DNA from: Hyaloraphidium curvatum SAG 235-1
Lineage: Eukaryota; Fungi; Monoblepharomycota
NCBI GenBank assembly: GCA_025558095.1
Contig: JAIVFI010000031.1
Location: forward strand, 496,001 to 560,000
Length of the DNA: 64,000 nucleotides
Direction: 5' to 3'
Notes under the pieces: generated by a model
Told to the model about the DNA's origin: nothing
Databases searched by the model: none
Seen by the model: only the letters and a program-made list of their open reading frames with translations
Program-made: the position numbers and the translations under genes
In this document: piece by piece, positions 1 through 11,257 of the stretch
Layout of the letters: each line of letters begins with the position of its first letter
Numbering within the stretch: position 1 is the stretch's first letter

Positions 1-2721
1 CCGGAGCCGCCGGTCTTGAAGAGGTTGTGGAAGGAGGAGTTGGAGTGCCAGAAGTGGAAGGCGTGCGGGGAGAGGTACGGCGAGAGCTGGGTTTCGAGGA
101 GGTGCAGGAACTCGGGGTGGTAACCCTCGCCGAAGATCTTCCAGAAGTCGGCGTAGGGGAGGGCGGAGATGCCGGCGAGCTTGAGCTCGAGCATGTTGTT
201 CTGGCACGGGTTCATGTCGACACAGTGCACCCTTCGAAAAGCACAGCGTGAGCGAACAATCGACGGCCCGAGATGCAAACGGCCCACCTCGCAACACCCT
301 CAAGCACGTACTCGAGCGCGTTGCAGCCGCCCGAGGTGATGACCATCATCCTGTCGTCGGGCCTGAGCTCCATGACCCGCAGGTCCTCCCTGGGATCTTC
401 CCAGGCGAAGGCGTAAATGTAGGTCGAGAAGGACGGGATGCACGAGGGGTCGAAGGGCATGCGCCACTTGACGCCCTGCCCGTGGACGTGGTTCGCCGAC
501 ACGAGACCCAGGTCCAGGTGCGGCACCTCGTCCTCGCCCTCCTCGTCGTCGTCGTACAGGGTGGCGGCGAGCCGGGGCGAGTCGGCGGCGATGCTGGCCG
601 TGTCGAAGTCGCCCGAGTTGGTGACGAGCATCTCGACGGCCCCGGATCCCTCCACGTCCACCTTCTCGGTGCCGCTGGCGGCGACCGTGGCGGCGGTGTA
701 CTCGAGCTGGGCCAGGGTGATCTCCTCGTCGCTCATGGAGCGGGCGGGGGCGGGTCGGGTGGGGGTGCCTTCGGGGGCGTCGAGGTGGAAGTCGAGCACG
801 CCGTCGCGGCGGGCGCCGATCCAGACGTAGTAGGGGATGCGGACGACTGGAGAGGGCGGAACAAGGTCACGATCCCAATCCCGCCAGCGTCCGAACGAGC
901 ATCCACCCACCGGGCTTGATGAACTTGTTGATGGCGTTCAGGCTCTTGATGGTCGCGAACTTGTGCTCCAGGTACTCGCGGCGGTAAGGGTGCAGGTACA
1001 CGTTGTCCGCGTCGAACCACATCTGCCAGAACCAGCGCGAGAACCACGAGAGCTGGCGCGTGGGGTCGTGCACGGGCGCGCGCTTGGGGGAGGAGTAGAA
1101 GTCGGCGACGCCGACGATGCCGGTGGAGCTCAGGACGTCCGAGAGGCGGTCGACGACGGGGTAGATGTTCTCCATCATCGAAACTGCGCGCGACCATTGT
1201 CAATGGGTGCGATCAGGGGCTGCATGCCTGTGCGAGACACCCACGCGAGTAGCTCATGGTGACCAGCGCGACATCGACGCCCTCCGGCCCGCCGTCCTCC
1301 TTGGGGATAGCGAACTTGGCCGCGTCCATGCAGAGCACCCGGACGTTGTCCCAGCCGAGGCGGCGGAAGCGCTGCTTAGCGATCTCGCACAGGGAGGGGG
1401 TGATGTCGACCATGTAGACGACGTCAAAGTTGGAGACGGGGTAGAACTCGTTCATGATCTCGACATTCTCGCCCGTGCTGTTGGAGAGTTGTCAGTTGGA
1501 ATTGATTCGGTGGCGCGGTCCTGTGACCTACCCGCCACCGATCTCGAGCCAGACGATCTTCTTTGGTCCCGACGGGGAAATGCCGTTGCCGGTGACGGGC
1601 AGACGAGGGCTCGCCGGAGGCGTCTGGATGGCCTTGCCCACATCCCCGTTCATGGCCGGTGGCTTGGCCGCCTCGGCCGCCCGGACGACCGGCGACCTCG
1701 ATCCGCCTTGGACGACGGGCGCGTTGCGCTGCCGCATGATGAACTCGGCGAGCGACGCCGGCGACTCGCCGGCGCCCTTGACGGGGTAGTGCTGCCTCAG
1801 CTGCGCGGCGCAGAGCTTGAGCATGGTCGTACGGCCGCGGAGAAGGCGCTTGCGGGTGATGTCGTAGACGCCTGGGGTCGGAAAGGGCGGGGATCAGGTT
1901 CGGCGACGGTGACCGAAGAGTGGCCGCTACGAACCGGCCTGGCCGGCGTAGAACTCCTCGAGGCGATCTTGGTGCTCCTCGTTCCTGCTCTTCTTGCCGG
2001 CAACCATTTTCCACACGGGCTTGACGAAGCAGTTGTACGCGAACACGAGCCCAGGCCGGACGCCCTTGTACGTCATCTTGAGCCCGGCGCCCAGGAACGC
2101 CAGGGTGAGCACAACGGCAATCAGCGCCATCGGAGACACTTGGGGCAGGCGGGCGCCCGGAGAGAACAGGTAGGGGTACAGGTAGGCGGCCATGACGGCG
2201 AAGCAGAGTGCCGCGAGGGAGTAGAACGTGATCCTGCGGCGGGAGGGGGATCGGGGGGTCAGAGCCCGTCGGAAACCGCGCAATCGGGGCCGATCATGGG
2301 CGGAAAGCCAAGTCGAATGACTTGGAGGGCACCTACGAGGCCCCAGCACGAAGCCGACGGGTGTGGCGCCCGGGGACGGGAGCCCCAGCACTTCCCCCTC
2401 CCATCCCCCATACCGCCATCGCGCCTGATGGCCGGCACCGACTCAGCCGCCCGCTACGCACCTCCAAATCCACTCGGCGACCTCGTCCTTGCCGTCCTTG
2501 ACCATCTTCTTCTTGCGGTCCCACGCGCGGCGGCCCTTCTCGGGGATGCCCTGCGTGGCCTTTGCGCGCAGGCCGTTGAGGCTCGCGGCACTCGTTGTAC
2601 GCGCGAGCGAGGGCTTCAGCGGCGGCGACGGTGTGCGCGAGGCCTTGAGCTCGGGCGACGCGCCGTTCGCGCGTTTTTCTGCGGGAGGCCCCGGCACCGG
2701 CGCGGCGATTGGCGCGCTCAT
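1..2721 (-). CDS. BTA1: Betaine lipid (DGTS) synthase, fused methyltransferase + BtaA/DUF3419 domain; multi-exon, 3' end runs off the window
   Basis: Spliced exons give [22 protein letters not shown] (SAM motif), [52 protein letters not shown] and [12 protein letters not shown], as in fungal/algal BTA1. Start MSAPIAAP at 2721, followed by hydrophobic N-terminal exons. Confidence 0.9.
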
Positions 2722-3358
2722 CGCGGCGGCGGGGGCGCGGCGGGGGGCGGGCGGGCCGGGCTGAATGCGGCGCGTTCGCGCTGCCGGGTCTCCCGGTGTT
2801 GGTGACGGGTTGCCGAGCGCGTCAAGAGGTTTTGGGGACGGGATGCGGATTACCTCAGCGGGCGGGCTGGTTCTCCCACGAGGTGCCAACGCTCCGACCA
2901 CGATGAGAATCAGAGTCCAAGTTCCCGTGGACGCGTCGCACACCTTTCCAGCTGGGGATGCACAACGAAGGAACCACCGCATGCCTGGCACGTCGCATGG
3001 GTCGTTGCTCGTGGTGTACCTTCTGGCGCCCCCGGCACGTGACGCTCCCCCTCCGTGCCGGCGTTCCCACCATTCCCTGACATCAGCGCCCATAAGCATG
3101 GGAATGGGCATATTTTCCGGCCCTCTCGATATACACCGACAGCTGGACGCGCACGGGATCGACTGCGGGTCATGACGGGCGGCGATGGCCGGACCTCTGA
3201 CTACCTCAGCACCGCTATCGAACCTGGCATGCGGCTCAAGCAGTGAACACGATATCTACTCAAAGATCGCCGGCATTCTATCCGCGCTTTAAACCGGACC
3301 GAGCCCAAAGCTTCCAAAGTCAAAACTGCGCCCCAGGTCCCGAAGATGTGATCGCCGT

Positions 3359-6300
3359 TCAGCGCTTGCGGTAGTTGCGCGAGAACATGAGGCCGGTCTG
3401 GATGGATACGATCAGCTGGACGCCGGGAGGAAGGAACAGCGGTTCCGAAGCCCACCAGCGACATGAGCGCGAAGAAGACGAAGAGGGCCATGTTCTGCGA
3501 AGGCCGGCGGTCAGGAACCGAAGTCAGCGCGGCTCGAGGCGGGAACTCACGACACCGTAGGCGACGTTGGTGGCGGCCGGGTTCTCGGGCGACACGTCCC
3601 TGTACTTGAGGATGAAGTCCCTGCCCTGGCCGACCGGGCAGTAGTACCCCGGCGGGAACAGGCTTGGGTCGGTGGCGAGCTCGTTGGACACCGTCGACGC
3701 GTTCTGGTACATGGGGAACGCGGCCATGGCGGCGCCGTACTGCGAGGGGTCGGTGAAGTTGGAGGGGCTCGAGGAGATGTTGGCGATCTGGCCCGCGAGG
3801 GCGCCATTGCCGGCAATCAGGGCCTCGCGGACCGCGCCGGCCGAGGCGTCGGTGCCGGCCGAGAAGGCGTTGGAGGACATGATGCGCACGCCCTCCCAGA
3901 AGGCCGAGACCTGCACCGCGTTGCCGGGGTTGCCGACGAAGGTCTTGTTGACGCTGCCGACGAAGCCGTTCGCGACGGGGCCCGCGAAGACGGCGGAGGG
4001 GATGAGCGGACACTGCATGATGTCTGCGATCGGAAGACGAGGTCAAGGAAAGTCATGCATTCGCCCGCGACGTTCGGCTCACAGTTTTCCATGATCTGCC
4101 AAATCTGCGGACGAAGAATAGAGATGAGTCAAACCCTCCCGGCACGCCGCTTCGTGAACTACCCACCACGAACTGCAGGGTCCAGCGCCAGTAGTTGATG
4201 TCCGCGATCCACCTGAGCCCCGGCGAGAGGGTGCCGAGGGCCGCCTGCGTCCCGGAGAAGGCGTAGAAGATGAGGCCGGCGGCCCAGAGGGCCGTGTAGG
4301 TCTGCACGAGGCTCTTGGACCACGCCGACCACGCCTGCGACACGGCGGTCGCGAGCCACATCTGGACGAGCATCATGGGGTAGATCTTGCCGAAGTCGCC
4401 GGTCGCGAAGCCCGCCATGAAGTAGATGATTATGATCTGGATGGTGGTGATGACGACGTTGAACAATCCTCTGCAGAGAGGAGGGAGCGGGTCAGAAGGA
4501 ACGGAGGCACCGATCACGCCACGTCCCACTCGATGATGAGGTAGGTGAGCCAGAAGGGCACCGTGCCGTAGAACGCCGTGTCGAGCTCCTGCAGGTACAG
4601 CTCGCGGTCCTCGAGGAACTGCGGCACGGCGGCGACGGCGACGAAGATGGGAAGGAAACCGAAGGTCGACGTCACCGACAGGCGGTTGCGGATTCCCTGC
4701 ACGTCGTTTTGCAGCTGGATGGGCGAGCCAGGTGAGCGACGAGCATTCGATGAGGCGGCAAGAAGCTCACGTTGTAGAACAGGCCGCCAAAGAGCAGACC
4801 GAGGGCCGTGAACATGAAGAGCCTGCCCCACGAGGTCGACGGGTTGCGCCAGTAGCGCAGCAGGCAGCGGTGGCCGACGAGGGCGATCTGGTTGTACCAC
4901 GGCCGCTCGACGATGTACCTGGAGTAACGCACGGATCCGTACTGCTGCGCCCTGAGCCGGTGGATCTCGTCCATGTTGGCGGCGGCGAGCGGCGAGCGGT
5001 CGTAGTACTGTGAGGCGGCGAGGGCGTTGGCGGAGATGACATCGACTGCAAATCAAATGCGAGTGTCAGAAGAGCGGGCGCGGATCAGGAGGCAAGCGAC
5101 CCACGGTAGTGTTCAATCGGGTTCTGCAGCCTCGGCGTCGGGTAGCCCATCGTCGTAAAGTACGACTCGGCGGCGGCGACGGGTCCAAAATAGCAGGTCC
5201 GACCCTCGCAGATGAGCAGCGTGTTGTCGAAGAGCCTGAAGACCGACTCGGCAGGCTGGTGGATCACGATGACCTGTAGGAACATCGAGGTGAATAAGGT
5301 GACGGAGATGCTTCCGTGCAGCGCAGACGACTCACGACGCAGACGTTCTCCGCTTTGACGTACTTGAGCACGAGCTCCATGGTAAAGCGAGCTCCGAAGT
5401 CGTCGAGACCGCTGCAGGCAAGGCCGCGGTGAGCGAGTTCCGTTCGAGACCGTGGTCAAGTATGAACGCACGAAGTCGGCTCGTCCAAGAACAGCATCTT
5501 GGGCCGGGCAATCATCTCGGTGGCGACCTCGGTGCGCTTCTTCTCGCCGGAGGAGACACCGCGAATGAGCTCGTCGCCGACGGGCGTGTTCTGGGCGTTG
5601 GTGAGCTTGAGGCCGGCGATGACGTCGTCGACGCGGGCGATGCGCTCCTCCTTGGTCGAATGTCTCGGCATGCGGCACTCGGCGGCGAACATGAGCGTCT
5701 CGCGCACGGTCATGGTCGGGATGTGGGCCATCATGGTGGTGATCTGGCCCAGGCGGCGCTTGAAGAAGATGTCGGGCTTCTGGCCGTTGACGAGGATCTC
5801 GCCGGTGACATCGCCGAGGGACTTGCGCTGCGACAGGATATCTGGCAGGCGGCGGCGGCGGTAAGCATGCGAGAACGCGAAATGCGAGAAGAGGAGTGGG
5901 ACGCCGGCACCATTCGACGTTCCCATGCCTTCGAGCTCCTCGCAGCCGTTCAGGGCTTTCGCCATCGCCCGCTGCAGCAACTCCCGCATCGTGCCGCCAA
6001 GATGTGCGGACGCGCCCCTCCGGCCGGATCCCGAGCCGGCGATGCCGCGGCCCTCGAATGCTCACCGAGCAGCGTGGTTTTGCCGGCGCCCGACGGGCCG
6101 ATGATGGCGAGCGACTCGCCGGGCCGTGCGAAGCCGGTCGAATCGATGAGCGAGTGCACGACCTTCTTGGTGCCGAACAGGCCGCTGGACTTGAGGCGAC
6201 AGTTCACGTCCGTCCATGTGACCTGAGGGGAGCAGGAAGGCTCGGAGCCGCCGCGGAAATAGCTGCGTGCCGAGCTCACGGTGTAGCCCTGGTGCTCGTC

Positions 6301-6360
6301 GGCCATCGCCTCGGCGGAGTAGCGCGCTTCGGCCGCAGCCTGTGCCTTGGCGTCGGTCAT
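3359..6360 (-). CDS. ABCG (White-type) half transporter, NBD-TMD, multi-exon
   Basis: Walker A GPSGAGKTT, signature VSSGEKKR, Walker B MLFLDEPTS, H-loop IHQP, TMD with YWRNP and FLEDRELYLQE. Last exon ends FSRNYRKR* at 3359. Start MTDAKAQ at 6360. Confidence 0.9.
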
Positions 6361-6628
6361 CTTTGGCGGTCTGCTCAACTGCTTCCGCGCTTCGTGGACT
6401 GCGTCTGGTGCTTCTTTGGCTGTTTCCGTGGCGAGCGGCGAAAGCACGGCGCTTTTCCTGCTCAGGATGGGGTGTGCGGAAATGGCTTCTTTTCCGCGAG
6501 TGAATCGAAGCGGGGGGTGCTGACGTGGCCCTTTGCCACGTACCCCCATCCCGGTTGCGGAATCCGGCCCGCAAAACCGGCAGACTCCGCTCCAAACCGC
6601 ACCGCCTGCTCGGAAACAACCCGTCGCA
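6361..6628. promoter_or_regulatory. Putative bidirectional promoter and 5' UTRs shared by two ABCG genes
   Basis: 268 bp between the divergent start codons at 6360 (-) and 6629 (+). Inferred from geometry only. Confidence 0.55.
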
Positions 6629-9463
6629 ATGGAGGCCAAGCCGCAGTCGGGCGAGATCGCCACGGGCGAGACGTCCATCGTCCTCCCCAAGGCCGGCGAG
6701 AAGATCTCCCGGCTCGAGTCCTGGGCCGTCACGGACCCGAACCAGTTGAACCCGGCCTTCTTCTCGTTCAAGGACATCAGTTGCGTGCTCAAATCCGATG
6801 GCAAGCCGAAGGTCCTGCTCGACATGGTCTCGGGCTACTGCAAGGTGCGCGACACCGTGCCGGCGCGGCGACACGCGTGACCGTGTCCCCCACCGCAGCC
6901 GGGCGAGACTCTGGCGATCATGGGGCCCTCGGGCGCCGGCAAGTCCACCCTGCTCGACATCCTGGCCTTCCGCAAGACCACCGGGAAATGGACCCAGGAC
7001 ATCCGGCTCAACGGCGCCCTTCTGTCCAAGCGCACCTTCGTCAAGGAGTCTGGCTACGTGACTTCGGACGACTTGCTCACTCCCGAGCTCACCTGCCGCG
7101 AAATGCTCAAGTTCGGTGCCGCGCTCCGCCTTCCGCGCAACTACAGCGAGGCTCAGCGCAACTCGCGGGTGCGTCTTGACGCCTCCGCATCTCCGGCTCA
7201 ACTGATCGTTATCTCGCAGATCAACGACGTGCTCGAAGTCATGCGCCTCGGCTACTGCGAGCACCGCAGGATCGGCGGCGCGCTGCAACGCGGCCTGTCC
7301 ACCGGCGAGCGCAAGCGCCTCAACGTCGCCATGGAGCTGCTCCCCGTCGCCTCGGTGCTCTTCCTCGACGAGCCCACGACCGGCCTCGACTCCAACACCG
7401 GCCGCGAGATCATCGCCAACGTCGTCGAGGTTACCCGCCTGCGCAAGCTCGCCTGCGTCGCCACGATCCACCAGCCGTCGTACACCATCCTGTCGCAGTT
7501 CGACTACCTGCTCGCGCTCGCCAAGGGCAAGCTCTGCTACTACGGCCGCATCGCCGACGCCATCCTGTACTTCGAGAACCTGGGAATCTCCATCGCGGGC
7601 AACCCTGGTAAGGATGCTGCTTTTCCCTTGCGGTCGCAGCATTCTGATTCGCTTCTGGACATCTCCAGCCGAGATCTACGCCACCGCCTTGGCCGCCGAG
7701 CCCGATCGTCTTGCGGATGCGTGGGAGAGCTCGCCCGAACGCACCATTCTTCAGAAGAAGGTCGAGGCGATCCACTCCGGCCAGGGCTCCATCAACGACG
7801 TCGTCGCCAAGGCCGACGAGACCCCGACCCTCTTGGACCGGCTCGGATTCTACCACCAGGCTCCCATTTGGACCCAGTTCTGGCAGCTTCTCTACAGGCA
7901 GATCCTCGTCTACCTCCGCAACCCGATCATGTCGACTTCGCGCTTCCTTGCCGCCATCTTTACCGCCCTCTTCTTCGGAGGCGCATTCTGGCAGCTCAAG
8001 CGCACGGCGTGTGGGTGTTCGATTGTTTTGATGCTCGCCTTTCCTCACCACGTTGCTTGCAGCCGGTTACGATGCCCGCTGCGCCGAGGCTTTTGCATTC
8101 AAGCTCATGGTTCCCGGCTACGGCTCCGCTGCCATCGCGTACTGGCTCGAGAAGCGCAAGCAGTACTACCACGAGGAGGCCGCCGGCTACTACCACCGTC
8201 TCGGCCATCTTCTGGTGATGTTCTTTGTCGAGTGGATCTTCTTGTCGGCCATCATGGTGAGTCGCTGTGCTTTTGTCGACCTGCCGCCAAGCCTGGCATG
8301 CTCACTTGATTGCCGCAGACCGTCGTCGCGGCCATCATGTTCCCCATGTCGGGCTGGGTTACCAGCAACATCGGCAGGTACATCGGCTACATGATCTGCG
8401 AAGCGTTCTCGTCGACGGGCTTGAATCTCGTGTGCGCGTACACCGCGGCCTCGATCCCGTACGCCAACGCTATGTTCACGCTGCACTACTTCTACGGCAT
8501 TCTCCTCGGCGGCTACTACATCACTGATGTCTTCCTGTTCACGCGTCATCAGTCGGTCAGGGCTTTCTGGCAGTGGTTCTCGTGAGTTTCATCTTCCCGC
8601 GGTCTTCTGGATCGCATGCCTAACCGCATGCATCGGCCGCAGGTACGACCGCCTGTGGTTCATTCCCACCATCCGCGACGAGCTCTACGGCTACCCGCTG
8701 ACTTGCACCGAGATCGAGAAGTTCCCGTTCGACATCACCGGCATATCGAACCGCGGCATCGGCGGTGCGGCCAAGAACCTCACGACGCAGGCCGTCGCTG
8801 CCAACCCCAGCCTCGTGGCGGCCATGAACTCGTTCGACATCTGGCAGAACGCCAACGCCGACGTCAACGCCACTGTGCTCTCGCTCTACCGGACCGCCAA
8901 CGCCTTCCAGGCTCTGCAAACCTCGCGCAACTTTGCTCAGGCTACTCAGCAGCCGGCCAACGTCGTCGACAGTCTCAACACCCAGGTTGCTGCTGCGCGG
9001 ACCGCCTTTGCTTCGGCCGTCGGCCTGCCGCCCACCAGCGACGCCGTTTCGACCGCTCTCAACCAGACCATCAGGGCCGCCAGCATGTTCGGCTTCTCCA
9101 ACTACCTGGTCGCCAACCCGCTGCCGTCGGTGCTGACCTGCTTCTACGCGGATGGGGAGGCCTACATCGAGAACGCGCTGGCCTTGTGAGTGACTTTCGC
9201 TGTTCGCAAGCCGGAGTTGGTACTGATCGGTTTCGGCAGGGAATGGGTCTTCCGGAACCCGCAGGGAGCGATTTCCGGTTATGGCATCGACCACTTCAAC
9301 ACGACGTCGACTGGCTTCTACCTCGCTGGTGAGAAGCCGCGTTCGGCCTTCGATCGGGGCAGGTTCTCATTCGTCCAACCCCGCAGTCGCCTTCATCACC
9401 GGCATCGGCTGGACGATCGTCGCTTACTTCGCACTTTGGTTCTGCAACTTCAGGCAGAAGTAG
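6629..9463 (+). CDS. ABCG (White-type) half transporter, NBD-TMD, multi-exon
   Basis: Walker A GPSGAGKST, signature LSTGERKR, Walker B LFLDEPTTGLD, H-loop TIHQP, TMD with YLRNP and EKRKQYYHEE. Ends WFCNFRQK*. Confidence 0.9.
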
Positions 9464-9910
9464 ACGGCGACCGTTGGGAGGAACGGCAACTTCAGGTAAG
9501 GCTTGGTGGTGCATGGATTTCGGCGCATTACTGATGTTATCCTCCGGCAGGCAGTAGAGGGAGATCTTGGGTATCTTTGCAGCGTTGGAGTCTCTTCGCA
9601 ATAGAACGCGGTTTTGGCAAAGTGCGCAAAGAGGAAGAGGACGATCGGGGGGATCTTGAGCTTTGAGCAGCGCGTCAGCAGCCTCGGGCCAAGGGGGAGC
9701 GAGGGACTCCTCGTCCCCCAAGCCGAATCCCACGCCGGACGCGTGGACACTCGCTATCGTCGCAGCACATCGTGCTTGGCGCGTCCTGACTTGAGGGCAA
9801 GACGCTTGCTGGTCTGGAAAGACGGAAGGACGTGCCTGGTTGCGCGAGGGCCACGCCAGCTTCCTTGCACCTTCATTCATGGGGCCGGCCAGAACATCTG
9901 TCATCTCGTC

Positions 9911-11188
9911 ATGCGTGCAGGAAAGAACTTGATTGTCTATGTCTTCGTGACCGGCGCTCTCGTTCTGTTCCTCGGGCGGTCGCAACCGGACCCGAGGTCT
10001 TCTCGAGACAACCATGGGGTCCATGAAACGACTACGGACCGCGCTGCTCCGCCTCAAATGCAGTCTGCTGCATCCGTGGTGGTCGAAAGGGACGACGCCG
10101 ACGCCTCTGGTATTCCCGAAACGGCAACGGCGGGAAGCCCGAAGCTGTACGCGTTCTACAACGTCTTCGTGTCCGAGAGCCGTGGACCGTATCGGGACAT
10201 TGTCCAGGATCAGATGAATGTGCTCAACGCCTCCGGCACTCTGGCTCTTTTGGAGAGACTGTTCTACAACGTTGTGGGACCGGACGGGGCCAACTTCTTC
10301 GTTCCCGGCGGCCCGAAGGCAGAGCGAATGAGGTACATTCCGGAAGGGCAGGAAATTGACACTCTCGGAGACCTCTGGGACTTCTGTCGTGCCAACCCCG
10401 ACGCTCGAGCTCTCTACCTCCACAACAAGGGCTCCGCAAACCTCTACGGAGTCAATGAAAAGTTCAGGCGCGCGTTGGACTGCACCGTGCTAACGCCGCG
10501 CTGCATCTATCTCCTCGACAGCTACGACCTGTGCAGCATACGGCTTTCCGTAGTCCCGTACCTCCACGTGAGCGGCAATTTCTTCTGGACGACGTGCAAG
10601 CATGTTGCGCGGCTGGTGGATCCTCGGATCTTTCGAAATGCGTCGTTCAAGCTGGCCCACGACCAAGAGATGAAGGCGCATCGTATCGAATTGTGCGAGG
10701 ATTGGGCCACTGGCGTCGAACGCTATTGGGCCGAGGCATGGGTCACATCGCTGCCGGATTTCAAGGTTGCGGACTGCCTCAATGCCAGCGTTGCCGACAA
10801 TTACGTATTTGGCTTCCCCACGGACGCCATGTTGCGCAATATGCGGCCCACGTGCCCAAGCGTCCTGCCTGGGTGGGCCCAGCAAATGGAAACCCACCGG
10901 GAGCTTCTCTGGGGCATGCGATGCGGAAATGCATCGCTGATATCCGAGCCACGAGCCTACGGTGGGTACGGCTTTCGAAGGCCCCAGCAATTCGGGATCT
11001 GCGACAGCCTTACGGTGATCAACGCCAAGACGCGGATTCTGTACGGCGCTGACCACTCACTGGCAATTCGCGCGCGTGCGTTGTATGGCGAAGCATGGCC
11101 TCCTCGACGTCCTTTAAGCGCTGCCAAAGAACTCGAGTCGTTCGGGTTGAAAAAAGGGGCCTTGGAGGTGTTGCGGAGATCAGGCTGA
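9911..11188 (+). CDS. Intronless type II membrane protein, putative glycosyltransferase-like/glycan-modifying enzyme
   Basis: N-terminal anchor (LIVYVFVTGALVLFLG), a stem region, then TLGDLWDFC, LYLHNKG, HVSGNFFW and RYWAEAWV, motifs I recall from uncharacterised algal and giant-virus proteins. Confidence 0.6.
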   Translation: MRAGKNLIVYVFVTGALVLFLGRSQPDPRSSRDNHGVHETTTDRAAPPQMQSAASVVVERDDADASGIPETATAGSPKLYAFYNVFVSESRGPYRDIVQDQMNVLNASGTLALLERLFYNVVGPDGANFFVPGGPKAERMRYIPEGQEIDTLGDLWDFCRANPDARALYLHNKGSANLYGVNEKFRRALDCTVLTPRCIYLLDSYDLCSIRLSVVPYLHVSGNFFWTTCKHVARLVDPRIFRNASFKLAHDQEMKAHRIELCEDWATGVERYWAEAWVTSLPDFKVADCLNASVADNYVFGFPTDAMLRNMRPTCPSVLPGWAQQMETHRELLWGMRCGNASLISEPRAYGGYGFRRPQQFGICDSLTVINAKTRILYGADHSLAIRARALYGEAWPPRRPLSAAKELESFGLKKGALEVLRRSG

Positions 11189-11257
11189 GGCCCAGCCGCC
11201 GGGGGGGCTTCTTGACCGGTGACGGTGTAACCTCCAACACCTCACGACCGCGACGAA

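Noticed and set aside
1165-2805. 546-aa plus-strand ORF
   Set aside because: Antisense to BTA1 exons; open only because stop codons are rare at this GC content.
6062-7642. 526-aa minus-strand ORF across the ABCG intergenic region
   Set aside because: Antisense of the ABC NBD, a well-known spurious ORF type.
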